Of a stretch of 64,000 nt of DNA, positions 30,701 to 39,695 are shown piece after piece; positions within the stretch are counted from its first letter, which is position 1, and every line of letters starts with the position of its first letter. A program made the position numbers and the translations under genes. Under the pieces are notes generated by a model. That model saw nothing but the letters and a program-made list of their open reading frames with translations. It made no database searches and was not told where the DNA came from. Source of the DNA: an uncultured virus (IMG/VR IMGVR_UViG_3300042384_001469). Its lineage: Duplodnaviria > Heunggongvirae > Uroviricota > Caudoviricetes. The stretch lies in IMG/VR virus record IMGVR_UViG_3300042384_001469; one strand, written 5' to 3'.

Positions 30701-31412
30701 TTTCACCCATGGTTATGTCACCAAACGGACCATACTTGTAAGTTATGAATGTTAAAGATACAATGAAATTACCTGAAGATGAGTCATACGATGAATTAAA
30801 TTTTTGTAATAATAAAGGATATTGTACCGCCTTACCGTAATAACCTTTAAGTGTTAGATAAAATATTGGATACGGTAATGAGAAAAATGCAGCGTAAGGT
30901 GAATTGTTACCTTGCTCAAACATAGCCCTACCCCTAACATCAACCAAAGTAATTGTTACTGTAGGTACAAACGCAGAATTAGTTCTTACTTGTATGTTTG
31001 TTATACCTAAAAAACCATTATCAACAATACTGTTATTATTGGTTATGTTGTCATCAAAATTAAAAAATTCTCTTGATTGTTGAGCGTAATTTTTACTTCT
31101 AGCCGCGTTAACTTTTTCATCTGTACCTAAAAGTTCACCTATATAATTGTTTTCTAAAAAATCTTTATTATTTGGTTTTAAAAAATTAATTTTACCTATT
31201 GTAACAGTTTCAGACCCAACTTGTCCGTTTGCAACCCCATAAGTTAATTTACTTCTTGGACTTAATTTACATTCCAAATTGGCGTACATTATTAATGACT
31301 CCTGTTTAACGTACCTATCTTCCCTTCCACCTTCATCAGATGTAACAGAATTTGGGTCAACTAAAAAAATATTCTCGTAATCGAATTCGACGTAGATTGG
31401 TTTATCTGCCAT
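24750..31412 (-). CDS. Giant baseplate hub-like protein (2220 aa; T4 gp27/VgrG-type hub elements)
   Basis: N-terminal LGITNIQVR...PTVTITLVDVRG; C-terminal YSCTVQSMGNATIQPTMYFTLRNVPMFNGPYLILEVNHSISPGSFETTFQGVR hub signature. Confidence 0.65.
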   Translation of the reverse strand: MADKPIYVEFDYENIFLVDPNSVTSDEGGREDRYVKQESLIMYANLECKLSPRSKLTYGVANGQVGSETVTIGKINFLKPNNKDFLENNYIGELLGTDEKVNAARSKNYAQQSREFFNFDDNITNNNSIVDNGFLGITNIQVRTNSAFVPTVTITLVDVRGRAMFEQGNNSPYAAFFSLPYPIFYLTLKGYYGKAVQYPLLLQKFNSSYDSSSGNFIVSLTFITYKYGPFGDITMGEIMALPHMYTTKFTTTSQTNTSNSSDSRVVETQTSQRGYQRLVELYDKYRNSDPPLITDLPNITIQELMYKLDKFVQDILNNSGKVDLQPLTNCDLFLTNLEKFQGDVYFYRGESWFDKYINTINFYISKTDGKKYYTFKEDKELNQQTKIDSIAELKKIIVQYNDSLAKCNIGLTSDVDISNFLVSLSPDEVDPVATYKARNNKAPTPDELSGFTQSLNQLVKGAVTINSDGTNFQTNQFFIFEGVPNDETFITKTSNLKKRAIEIREENEKKFSEQLVKILENPQTGIGFKPTIRNIISIFVVSVEAFYSLLDDVHTKAYDKRYDKARKSEFTENDYNCLETSQTIEEAVVYPWPLFTVKKNNTSGDTSYEIAYPGDRKYQNVVKSYDYSVWPEVEFVEEFSNAFAQRESVPNPYTTNRNENKDVYRLSLSTFDAPIKNIIFSNKEITKFLYEIIERIILNTNYQGLQRDTAKKTQIINFISDAISKSIKESIGTGSPDLLNLFSNYKIDVASFNEFLKTISNNGNGESYNKYIRDYFVTQEIDKIIQTPTIIYKDFLTEFPKPNLDFKNVEQLFGIYTGTTSNTYYFFDTLPYISDNWLTSNVTNGKTITNYELFNNTTKSIMFNPYYKTTTNFDSFTNVDVNRPVTNFNVRASQQINTNNFSNEFYTNLLTDNTQLLTTVGSVYYSSYNNLMTQAQCTSIFNTPFFVNAIQNGVNNEKSGAPYPYTEAAYLLLNSLPLATLSQRFKDYQPNNGNSTPNKNFTELDYIASTFRKFGALHKLPYAWILKYGSIWYRYKNYINNNIDILDKCWVPFNYQTNYDPINSDISRNYQITSTTTNFDITLKKVDTTSIPNITYEDVSVGFYPKVINDFNYFYNGFDLVTQYSTVSQSFSYYRNDGTLKILSPISTKISSSESTYDPALYLTISNYSCLLKNTLKSDGTFYVTPSFGSPVNQLFYEFFNSQTNDLQKNYDVPGTYNGSIRLDWSNPHFGYFDPTNMVKPSYNEYLCKINSETDNQQEFTFLHQNGYSKIEDIFGVFTKEELDIFEKEFLNFSKSEKNYNEETANKNMISEYNNFQMLYKIINKVNSVSGLDDLNIIKNVQQAQFSNKNQTISQFLNKDVVLKRANPYDYNRKTFLSFLSAVINTEQFTVDPINFGSYQVSTPNAVPIPNNNVTTSSSKIAYPNEWKTLQEYVGFSTFEGINYAESGSTITDFFPVFDIPFTSNNIILLSPIIKLYSSYKYKNPNDNREEFLIELLADYFEKVDLTNNVLNNTLLILQKELPKIQIESIKTNSTNVIGEDLKVEYYDMFKVLNDKWVSGNNFSEDTFLESFLFLDKASRDIGDDVLVDIFKVKTKISNVDPATSVYTVIAEILKDHHFVTFTMPSYINFYNRRNNEGPQEMAQLMFGTYSEVDYSETSTKFVNILSTDPSTNTLVESKHNGYCDDGFELGRAQNNPNVRLNTSTDEKSNKVVGFAVDFGLQRQQMFHNLNLAQDVGKSTSESLLMEYNLAQLTSGKKSQTQNVSLFNLYKNRSYSCTVQSMGNATIQPTMYFTLRNVPMFNGPYLILEVNHSISPGSFETTFQGVRQKIFTLKQSENFLASIKMELGKNFYSEIKRQKEQLSKSATTVTQQNTETTNSINETPVNKNNENCQPNVAYNDFIKITGESKTLSYSRVIEEVQFIVGDDLQKRAALFTLIYISNDSNGNIKLFNNNLTNVNLKRKWAGDLPSKFNKEYTCLNFGTELIPIVKFPNITYNLEFMNLYLKNFYPDLNFATDITIVEELTKFYIKYWSLQSKQEDAYYDEYISKNASEYAAILEKVKKAYVILNPVNLNPAPTGDTQTSTGTTLTNNTQTPPLTSDYQYTISNPPMFEEFTVSVNPSVDGLRNIFLVEYGYNITASCAEGSATGQQFSNNYISSNGQTVTITAEDLLEEVDCTGSGSSGVYEFQITIFTKPVLSNGQIDTTRSDYYKSYPITMTF

Positions 31413-31725
31413 AATAGAAAAAATAATTATCTAACTGATTTTTATAATCTAATAAACTTGAATCCAAAGGAAATGGTACCCTTAATGAATATCCATCAGG
31501 TATATTATTTTCTAAACCACCAAACTGAGGATTTGCTTGTAATATTAACCAACCAAAATAAGGTGTCCCATAAATTTGTTGAGAAACTTTATCAAGTCTT
31601 GTTCTGCTTGACCTGTAAATGTATCTTTTATCAGTTGATTTAGAAGTTAATCTAACAAAAGGCACAATATTTTGTGTCCCATTAATTAAAAAACCTTTAT
31701 ATCTATTGTAATATTGAAGAGCCAT
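31402..31725 (-). CDS. LysM-like baseplate wedge protein (T4 gp53 / P2 gpX-like)
   Basis: RLDKVSQQIYGTPYFGWLILQANP...IPDGYSLRVP. Confidence 0.8.
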   Translation of the reverse strand: MALQYYNRYKGFLINGTQNIVPFVRLTSKSTDKRYIYRSSRTRLDKVSQQIYGTPYFGWLILQANPQFGGLENNIPDGYSLRVPFPLDSSLLDYKNQLDNYFFYYGR

Positions 31726-31726
31726 G

Positions 31727-34700
31727 TTATATAAATTTTATTTTATCATTAAAGGTTAATAACTCTTCAGTTAAGTTTACTGTTTTATATATATTCTGAA
31801 GTTCGGTTGATTGTTGGGTTGTTGGTGTTAGTGTCTCAGTAAAATCAACTATAACATCAACATCTTTGTTATATGGAGTGTAAGAGTCTTTATCATAATC
31901 TTCAGTATAAAGAACCCCTAAACCTTCTACAGCACTTAAAACTTCTTCTTGTCCAATTCCATATTGTTCCATAACATAAAAGAACTCATCTTTAACAAAA
32001 TTGTAAAGGTTTTGAGGGTTAGTTACATCTTTAATCCCAACAGTTAATTTATCAATTATCTCATCAACATTTGATGTTGCCTTATAAGTACTCCAAAATA
32101 TTGTACCCATTTTTTGAAATTGTAAATCTGTATCAGTAAAATAATCAGGAGATATTTCAAAAGTTGATGTGTCATAATCATTATTTAAAAAACCATAAGT
32201 ATTTTTATATTGATTTAAATAATCTGTCAAATCAGTACCAACTTGGTCATAGTTTAATCTTAGATTTATAAAATCACTAGACGACCCATCAATATCATAT
32301 ACAACAGTAGAGTTATCAGGTAATAAATAACCGTCATTTAATAAATCAACATAATTTAATTTTCTAAAGGTTTGTACATAATTTTCTTGATAAGAAGTTA
32401 AATCATTAATAATTGCATTAACCCCTTGTAAAGTATTATTTTTACATTCTTCAATAAAAGATTTTAAATTGTTTTTAAATTTACGAACATCTGAATTTTT
32501 AAATCCCGCGTCATCCATACTAACAACCAAATAGTTAGTGTCAATATTATCAACTAAATTTGCAGACAACTCATCAAATATTTGTTGGTAGTCTACGTAT
32601 TTACCAACGATTTCAACTGTTTGAGGACTACTAAATCTTCTTATTTCACCAGTATAACAATTGGCAAATTTGGTAGCAATTTGAGTCGCGCCAAATCCAT
32701 AATCAGTAATCATTTTATTTACACTATTATAGACAATTTCATAATAACCAATAGTTTGGTCTAACAAAGTATTCATTATTTTTTTATAATTTGTAGTACC
32801 AGTTATTCCACTACTACTATAAAATTTACTTTGAATTTCACCAATTGTTGTACCTCCATTAGTCTGTGGTAATCCATTATTAATAATTGGGTTAATTGGT
32901 TTTTTCTCAAAAATTGCCGCAATTATACTCTCATCTAAAGCATCTGTATTTTCAGTTTCATCAGCCCTATCATCGTACATTTCAGTATTAGCGTAAAAAT
33001 TAAATGAAAGCGCATTTTGTAATTTATCAACAGGTTCTTTAAGTCCCATTCCACCTATGATGTTAAAATTTAAAGTAACATTGGCAATCATTGGTTGAAC
33101 CCCAATACCTTCAGGGTTTATATCTAAATTTTCATAAGTAAAACTAAGACTATTTGGAATAATTTTAGTATTATAAAAGTCACCAATTCTTAATACTAAA
33201 ACAGGTGGAGTACCAAAAGAAGTATTTATTGCGTCATTTTGAACAAAACTTTTAGAGTCAGAGTCGTATGTTGGTATTGTGTCACCAGGTCTAACGCATT
33301 GATTTAAGAAAGTTAATCTTGAATTTAATCCTTCAGGTGTCATTGAGTGAAACGCTGGATGAAAATGTTTTATTTTTTGACTAAAACTGTCGTAAAAAAT
33401 TGGGTCACTACCTTTAATCATATCAAAATAATCACATTCACTCAAAAGATATCTTATGAATTTTTTTGCAATTTTATCATATGGTTTTTGTGTAGTTCGA
33501 CTTGTTTGAGGAATTTTTATCTCAACTCTGTCAGTTACAGGAATTTCAGTTGGTACCAAAATAACTTGTTCTCCGTTATCAGGTTGAGGTACATTTTCAG
33601 CCGGAGTTACTTTTATTTCTCTAATACCTACTCTTCTACATCCCATAGCGTTTGCAGAGTACCAACTGTCTGTTGGTGGTTGTTGTAACGTAACATCATT
33701 ACAAACAAACGTAGAGTTATAATCAGGTCCTACAACATTAACTGTCGCAACTTCTCCCAAAGCTTTTGTTTCAATTAACAATTTATTGTCGTTTATTAAT
33801 TGAGCGAATGTATTAGTACCATCAAATGAAAAAGTACTAAACATATTTTTCACATTACTAACCCTTCTTTCCGCCAATTTTTTATTATACGACACACTTG
33901 CAGAAGCCGATGTTGTTCCGTCAAGATATATGATACATTGTGTAATTTTTCCATCAGTCATATCCTGATAAAGTTCAGTCATCATTTCCTTAACTTTAGT
34001 CCAATTCCATTCAATAACACTAAACATTTTTTCTACACCTTCTCTCTTGTCTTCATTAGCATATCCAAGATATAAATCTTTTTGTTGTATATATGTGTCA
34101 TATAAATTTTGATAATTAGTCGTAGTTGTTGTTTGAGTAGTTTCAGGGTCAGGATAATCATTTTCATAATAAAAACCATATTTACCTTCGTATTTAGAAC
34201 TATCAAATGCGGGTCCTGGTGGTGGAATAGGATTTGGTACAACTGTTGGTATTTGTTCTTGTACAATTCGTTCTATTTCGTGAACTTCAACACCCCCTCC
34301 TTCTAAAACAGTCTGTACCTCAAAAAAGAAATCTATTGGGAAAAAGTTATAACTACTTGCTAAATCGTATAAATCATATTTTTTACATCCTGAAAAAAAT
34401 GAATCCATTACTTTATTTAACACCTTATCGTCTAAACTTTTATATACTTTATCAACTAAAAGATTAGTTATTGATGGATGGTCAACAATTATTTTCCAAG
34501 TCAAAGTTCCACTTCTTGATGTGTCTTTATAAGTATATATTGGTTCGGGTCTACCTAAAAAACTGTTTGAATGGAAATTTGCAGTAGATGAATCAGTAAA
34601 AGTTAATCCGTATGGTGGGAACCACATAACTCTACCCCCATTTGGACCTCTTTCACACACAGGTAAATCATTATAAGTAAATCCCTTTCTTTTTGAACCC

Positions 34701-36619
34701 GCCCATGCCAAATTTTCAATTGAGAACATATATTTTTTCACATAAGCGTTATCACGTCCTGGATTAACTATATTTGTCGCACTATCCCCTCTCCATGGTG
34801 CAATATTTAAATTAAACGTTGAATCTAAAACTGAGTACGTTGATTTCCTTATATTACCATTAATTTCCGAACCGTCAATTCTTGAAGTGGTTTTCTGTAA
34901 ATCATTAAATGTATAATATGGTGTATCTTTAGTAAAAACTCTACAGTATTCAATACCAATTGGATTAATATTAGAATCTGTATATGTCATCACTTGAGAA
35001 CCTTTTGTCATAATTTTATAACCATCGTGAAATACTTTACTTATTTGGTTCATAGCGTTACCCGCATGTTTAAGTCTTCTTTCACCCTCAACTTTATCCG
35101 CAGAATCAATTAATTGTTGTGTCTTAACTAAAAGACTATTGTCTCTAACAAAATCAGAATTTGTTGATACTAATAAATTCTGAGACGCGTGTCCCTGGAT
35201 AACATTTTCAATAATTCTATACTCAGGGTCTTCAGTTCTAGTTCCTCCTGATAATCCCGCTCTTTTACCGGCATCTTTTAGTGATTTTGTTGATGACCAT
35301 AAAAATCCTCCGTCAACATTTGCAGTTGAGTCATAGGTTGATTTACCTTTTAATCCAAAATTAATACTTGATATTCTTTTACCTTCAAAAGTTTCAGAGA
35401 CAATATCTTGACCGTAAACAATAGCAGATAATTCGTTACCTTGAGCATCTTCAGGTAATTCCCCTGATGGTGATGTTAAGGTACTTACATTAACATCTTT
35501 AGAACCAACGTAATAGTATCCAACACTTGACTCATTATCAAAAGGATTTATAGCATCTAATATTCTACTTAAAATAGGTCTTTTATAATAAGGTTTGTAT
35601 GTGTTATAATCTAAATTTTTAAATAAAAAAGATTTTTGAGCACCACCTGTACTTTCTAAAAATAACTCAGAAGGAGTGTCTTGATTTGTTCTAAATAATT
35701 TTGCAGCAATTTTTCCAAGTCCAGTTTGATTAAACGCATTTACTAATTGTCCAAAAAAAGCTTGTTGACTATCAGGGTTAGTTAAATAATTCCCAGGTAT
35801 TATTGATGCCGGAAAATATGTACCTGAGATTCTTTCTAAGGTCGAAATTATTCTTAATGGTCCAACTGTTATTCGATAATCTCTGTCAATCAATGGTTCA
35901 ACACCCGTCAATAACGCAAAAGGATTATTTAACGCGTCTTGATTAATTGGATTTAAAGAATCAGAAATTTCTCTACTTATTCTTTCTGTAAAATAATCTT
36001 TTAATTTTTGAGCACCTATCTTAACCAATACGGTATCATTAGACATTGGTCCAATACTACCTGTAGGATTATCTTCAGTTAAAATTGAATATAAAGAATA
36101 TGAAGAAACTCCTCCAACAATATTGGTATAGTAAGGTTGACCTAAAGATGGTAAAATAACCGTAGTTACAAAATATAATAACCCATCTCCCGTACTTTTA
36201 AATTTATTAACCCCAACTGATAATCTATAAAAATCAGAAGTTATTGATGGTAATTTTTCGTCACTTAAATCATATTCATTAAAATTACCAATTACGCTAA
36301 TAGGGTTACCTTGGTCATCTGTAGTTTGAGTAACATTGTATGTTTGTAAAGTACTAATTAATTCGGCACCATCTTGGGTGTTTACAGGTCCATATTCATT
36401 TAACGCACCTAACAATCTTGACTGATACATTGGGGAGTCAATATTTGTTGTTATTGACGGTGAATCAACCACACTTGAGTTTGACTGAATGTATTCAGGG
36501 GTTTGATTTTGTACGTTTGGATTAAAATTACCTTGAACCGCATAGGGTTGTAAGTTTCTTGACAGTAATGAATCCCTTAAAGTTTGAGTACTTAAATATG
36601 ATAATGGTACTTCTGGCAT
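31727..36619 (-). CDS. Large baseplate / tube-initiator-like protein with inserted OmpA-like peptidoglycan-binding domain
   Basis: FLGRPEPIYTYKDTSRSGTLTW and PPVLVLRIGDFYNTKIIPNSLSFTY (tube-initiator type) flank GTTS...YNKKLAERRVSNV...ALGE...RRV (OmpA C-like). Confidence 0.6.
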   Translation of the reverse strand: MPEVPLSYLSTQTLRDSLLSRNLQPYAVQGNFNPNVQNQTPEYIQSNSSVVDSPSITTNIDSPMYQSRLLGALNEYGPVNTQDGAELISTLQTYNVTQTTDDQGNPISVIGNFNEYDLSDEKLPSITSDFYRLSVGVNKFKSTGDGLLYFVTTVILPSLGQPYYTNIVGGVSSYSLYSILTEDNPTGSIGPMSNDTVLVKIGAQKLKDYFTERISREISDSLNPINQDALNNPFALLTGVEPLIDRDYRITVGPLRIISTLERISGTYFPASIIPGNYLTNPDSQQAFFGQLVNAFNQTGLGKIAAKLFRTNQDTPSELFLESTGGAQKSFLFKNLDYNTYKPYYKRPILSRILDAINPFDNESSVGYYYVGSKDVNVSTLTSPSGELPEDAQGNELSAIVYGQDIVSETFEGKRISSINFGLKGKSTYDSTANVDGGFLWSSTKSLKDAGKRAGLSGGTRTEDPEYRIIENVIQGHASQNLLVSTNSDFVRDNSLLVKTQQLIDSADKVEGERRLKHAGNAMNQISKVFHDGYKIMTKGSQVMTYTDSNINPIGIEYCRVFTKDTPYYTFNDLQKTTSRIDGSEINGNIRKSTYSVLDSTFNLNIAPWRGDSATNIVNPGRDNAYVKKYMFSIENLAWAGSKRKGFTYNDLPVCERGPNGGRVMWFPPYGLTFTDSSTANFHSNSFLGRPEPIYTYKDTSRSGTLTWKIIVDHPSITNLLVDKVYKSLDDKVLNKVMDSFFSGCKKYDLYDLASSYNFFPIDFFFEVQTVLEGGGVEVHEIERIVQEQIPTVVPNPIPPPGPAFDSSKYEGKYGFYYENDYPDPETTQTTTTTNYQNLYDTYIQQKDLYLGYANEDKREGVEKMFSVIEWNWTKVKEMMTELYQDMTDGKITQCIIYLDGTTSASASVSYNKKLAERRVSNVKNMFSTFSFDGTNTFAQLINDNKLLIETKALGEVATVNVVGPDYNSTFVCNDVTLQQPPTDSWYSANAMGCRRVGIREIKVTPAENVPQPDNGEQVILVPTEIPVTDRVEIKIPQTSRTTQKPYDKIAKKFIRYLLSECDYFDMIKGSDPIFYDSFSQKIKHFHPAFHSMTPEGLNSRLTFLNQCVRPGDTIPTYDSDSKSFVQNDAINTSFGTPPVLVLRIGDFYNTKIIPNSLSFTYENLDINPEGIGVQPMIANVTLNFNIIGGMGLKEPVDKLQNALSFNFYANTEMYDDRADETENTDALDESIIAAIFEKKPINPIINNGLPQTNGGTTIGEIQSKFYSSSGITGTTNYKKIMNTLLDQTIGYYEIVYNSVNKMITDYGFGATQIATKFANCYTGEIRRFSSPQTVEIVGKYVDYQQIFDELSANLVDNIDTNYLVVSMDDAGFKNSDVRKFKNNLKSFIEECKNNTLQGVNAIINDLTSYQENYVQTFRKLNYVDLLNDGYLLPDNSTVVYDIDGSSSDFINLRLNYDQVGTDLTDYLNQYKNTYGFLNNDYDTSTFEISPDYFTDTDLQFQKMGTIFWSTYKATSNVDEIIDKLTVGIKDVTNPQNLYNFVKDEFFYVMEQYGIGQEEVLSAVEGLGVLYTEDYDKDSYTPYNKDVDVIVDFTETLTPTTQQSTELQNIYKTVNLTEELLTFNDKIKFI

Positions 36620-36658
36620 TTATATCTATTTTTTTAATAAATAGATTGAAAAGAAATT

Positions 36659-38677
36659 TTATCCCGCATTAATATAAGTTCTATTAACATCAGTAGGTGC
36701 GTTTGTGAAATAATTGTTAGCCATTTGTTTATTAAATTGAACAACTAAATTTTCCATAAAACCTCTATTATTTTTAAATATTTCATTTAACGCTCTTGTA
36801 TCTACACCAGCAGGTGCGTTTATGTCAATAGAAAATTTTAATTCACCCTCATGTTTTATAGGGTCCATTTTATGGTTAACTTCTTTAGTATTATTTTGGT
36901 TCATCGCCATATTTTGGAATTGTTCAAAATAATTGTTATTGTTGTTTGTAGGCGCGTTAGCACTTATAATAGTTTCTTTAACTTTTTGAAGAATGTCCAT
37001 ACCCCCCATCGCAGCGACCATACCTTGTCTTTGAGCAAAAAACGCATTATCATCAGGATGTGTTTGCACTATTTGTTTATTATTTCCCTGACCATATACA
37101 AACCCGTCATTAACTTCACCAACTTTATATTCATTAACATTCGCCTTATCTAAAACCTCCCCATAATTTGCAAAAGTACCTAATCTTTTAACTTGTTTTA
37201 AATTGTTTTGGAATTCAAGTGCGGCATCAAGTGTTGCGTCAGTAATACCATCAAGACCTGTGTTTAGTAACGATTTAAATCCTGCAAGAGTACCATCAAA
37301 TCCGCTCGCTGAAGTAGTTATACTTTCATATATTTTTTTTAAATCGTCACCTGATTTATCAATAATGTCAGCAATTTTACCTGAATCCATTGCTTTAGCC
37401 AAAGGTTTATAAACTAAAGCGTCTGCGGCAATTGTTAAATCAACCACACCTTCACCTAATTTAGAACCTGCAATACCCATACTTGGTCCGTTTTTAATGG
37501 CGTCTAAACTATTTGCCATTCTTGACAAGAAATCTACTTGGTCTTGAGCCAATTCTTCCATAGTTTTTGGATTTGCAACTTGGTCGGCTAATTTTAGTAT
37601 GTCTTTTTCATCCAGTGAAGATACAAGTTTTTCCGTAGTCGTACCATCGTCTTTTTTTATTTGTACATAATATCCCTTACCTTGTGGACCGTCCTTCATT
37701 GCCGCTAAATTAGCAATCATAGTTTTTTGGTCTTCAGTAATATTTAAATTAGGCATTTTAATTTCCGCCATTTTCCTGTTCAAAGTTTCACTCTGAACTA
37801 TCATTCGACTAAATTCTGTAGAAGTCATTCCAGCTGCGGCAGCTAACTCTTTAATAACCCCTCTTTTTTCTTTGAATATTTCTACTTTACCTGTTTGTTC
37901 GTTATAGTAAGTCATTCCCTTACCTAACTCAATCATTTGGTTTTGTAACTCTTCCATATCATTCGTCGCTAAATCCATAGCTCTAAATGGGTCAATAAGT
38001 TCACTTTGTATACCTAAAGATTGTAATCTTGCAGAAAACTCAACAGCTTGTTCAGGACTTATCAATTTATCCGCTAAATTAAATGTTGAACTCATGTCAA
38101 GTTTAAACATTGCGGATTTGGCGGCCATCCTACTCAAACCTTCAACACCTCTTTCAAATCCGTACATGTTCATCTTTTCAAGATTAGCAACCATTCGTGT
38201 TGATACTTCGGTAGCATTTAATCCTAATGACCTTGACTGATTTACAACACCTTCCATTGTATTTTTAATGTCATAAACTGACTTACCAGCATTATCAAAT
38301 GCTGTAATCAATTCGTGAGCGGATTGTTCAGTTACTTTAGTTGTCGCAAATAAATCGTCGTGATATTCTCTTTGTAATATTAATTGTCTACCAGTACTGT
38401 CATTTAGATTTTGTTGTTGTTGTACAATGTTTTCTAAATCACCACCTAAAAGTTTGACGTTGGTGTACGCACCGGCAATATTTGACTTTATTAAATGGGA
38501 TAATTCTCGACCAGCGCCCATCCCTCCGATAATCTGAGTCATACCTACGTCAACTCTATCTAAGTTGTCTAATATAACATCAGTACTTATACTTTCTTTA
38601 AGAGAGCTACCTAATGAGCCAACAAATGCATCTAATACATCTTTAAGACCCGAACCTAAATCTTCTAAAAATCCCAT
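36659..38677 (-). CDS. Tape measure protein
   Basis: Helical A/M/Q/L-rich protein directly downstream of the tail tube and chaperone genes. Confidence 0.72.
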   Translation of the reverse strand: MGFLEDLGSGLKDVLDAFVGSLGSSLKESISTDVILDNLDRVDVGMTQIIGGMGAGRELSHLIKSNIAGAYTNVKLLGGDLENIVQQQQNLNDSTGRQLILQREYHDDLFATTKVTEQSAHELITAFDNAGKSVYDIKNTMEGVVNQSRSLGLNATEVSTRMVANLEKMNMYGFERGVEGLSRMAAKSAMFKLDMSSTFNLADKLISPEQAVEFSARLQSLGIQSELIDPFRAMDLATNDMEELQNQMIELGKGMTYYNEQTGKVEIFKEKRGVIKELAAAAGMTSTEFSRMIVQSETLNRKMAEIKMPNLNITEDQKTMIANLAAMKDGPQGKGYYVQIKKDDGTTTEKLVSSLDEKDILKLADQVANPKTMEELAQDQVDFLSRMANSLDAIKNGPSMGIAGSKLGEGVVDLTIAADALVYKPLAKAMDSGKIADIIDKSGDDLKKIYESITTSASGFDGTLAGFKSLLNTGLDGITDATLDAALEFQNNLKQVKRLGTFANYGEVLDKANVNEYKVGEVNDGFVYGQGNNKQIVQTHPDDNAFFAQRQGMVAAMGGMDILQKVKETIISANAPTNNNNNYFEQFQNMAMNQNNTKEVNHKMDPIKHEGELKFSIDINAPAGVDTRALNEIFKNNRGFMENLVVQFNKQMANNYFTNAPTDVNRTYINAG

Positions 38678-38703
38678 ACATATAAATAACTAAAAAAAAA
38701 TTT

Positions 38704-38865
38704 TTATTCCTTAGGAGTATTCATTTCAACTAATTTATTAATTAAATACCTTCTTTGGAATACCGGTATAAGTAAGAAATCTTCGTAGGACATATTGAGT
38801 TTCATTGATAATAAAAGAAACTCATTCATTTGTACTTCGTAGTAATCAGAAGAAAGGCCGAAAAA
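38704..38865 (-). CDS. Frameshift extension (gpT-equivalent) of the tail assembly chaperone
   Basis: +1 frame is open from the TTTTTTC site to TAA at 38706-38704: FFGLSSDYYEVQMNEFLLLSMKLNMSYEDFLLIPVFQRRYLINKLVEMNTPKE. It fills the gap before the tape measure gene. Confidence 0.7.
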   Translation of the reverse strand, partial: FFGLSSDYYEVQMNEFLLLSMKLNMSYEDFLLIPVFQRRYLINKLVEMNTPKE

Positions 38866-39598
38866 ACTCCACCCCAAAGGCTATCCTCAAGGATACCTTT
38901 TTTCCGGACGGGGCGATAACTTCTTTTGTTAAATCGTATCTTGGCTCGTTTTCACTCAAAAAATTACGAATATATTTTGAGTCAGTAATTGGCATTTTTT
39001 CAATTGACTTGGATATTTCACCTTTATCTCTCGTACCATTTAATTCAACAATCTGTTCTAATAGTCTTTTTGTAATTCTTGGTGGAGTAAGTCCTTGTGG
39101 GTAACCTTCTAGTTGTCTTTCAATTTCTAAGTCTTCACCAAACGTTAAAAGTTTTAATTTAACGGATACATTACTTTTAGGTAATGTTGTAACAAACAAA
39201 CCCTCACCATCAGGTTCTTCTTTAGTTTTTTTAATATCTAACTCAGATAGGTCTATATTTGCAATAAATGACTCTCCAGTTGCAGGGTCAATTGCAGGTA
39301 TACTATAATTAGGACCAAATGAAGTATTTCTAAGAAATACCAAAACCGCTTCAATATCCCCATCTAACATCTGTTCTGGTTTCATATCAGGTTCATAAAG
39401 TTTGTTTCTAACAATTGCATTTATGATAGATTGTGAATCAGCTTTTTTAATATTAACTAAATGATTTTCATCTGAAGCAGTTAAAAATCCAACTTTAACA
39501 CTTTTCTTTTTATTTTTATAAAATTTACCCCCACTTGGTAGTGTCACTATATCGTGTGGTAAATTAAAATTCATTTGTCCGGCTTCTCTTGAGTCCAT
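38846..39598 (-). CDS. Tail assembly chaperone / baseplate hub assembly protein (T4 gp26-like)
   Basis: VTLPSGGKFY, LTASDEN, GDIEAVLVFLRNTSFG, and C-terminal FGVEFFRP; lies between tube and tape measure. Confidence 0.75.
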   Translation of the reverse strand: MDSREAGQMNFNLPHDIVTLPSGGKFYKNKKKSVKVGFLTASDENHLVNIKKADSQSIINAIVRNKLYEPDMKPEQMLDGDIEAVLVFLRNTSFGPNYSIPAIDPATGESFIANIDLSELDIKKTKEEPDGEGLFVTTLPKSNVSVKLKLLTFGEDLEIERQLEGYPQGLTPPRITKRLLEQIVELNGTRDKGEISKSIEKMPITDSKYIRNFLSENEPRYDLTKEVIAPSGKKVSLRIAFGVEFFRPFF

Positions 39599-39619
39599 AT
39601 TTGTTTGTGTTTTATTAAT

Positions 39620-39648
39620 TAAAATAATCTAACATTATTTCATAGTAA
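39620..39648 (-). promoter_or_regulatory. Sigma70-like promoter for the chaperone gene
   Basis: Minus strand TTTACT-N17-TATTTT immediately after the tube-gene terminator. Confidence 0.4.
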
Positions 39649-39650
39649 AC

Positions 39651-39677
39651 AAAAAACCCCACATATGTGAGGTTTTT
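39651..39677 (-). terminator. Intrinsic terminator after the tail tube gene
   Basis: AAAAAACCCCAC-ATAT-GTGAGGTTTTT inverted repeat. Confidence 0.7.
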
Positions 39678-39695
39678 AAAAAATATTTTTTTATA

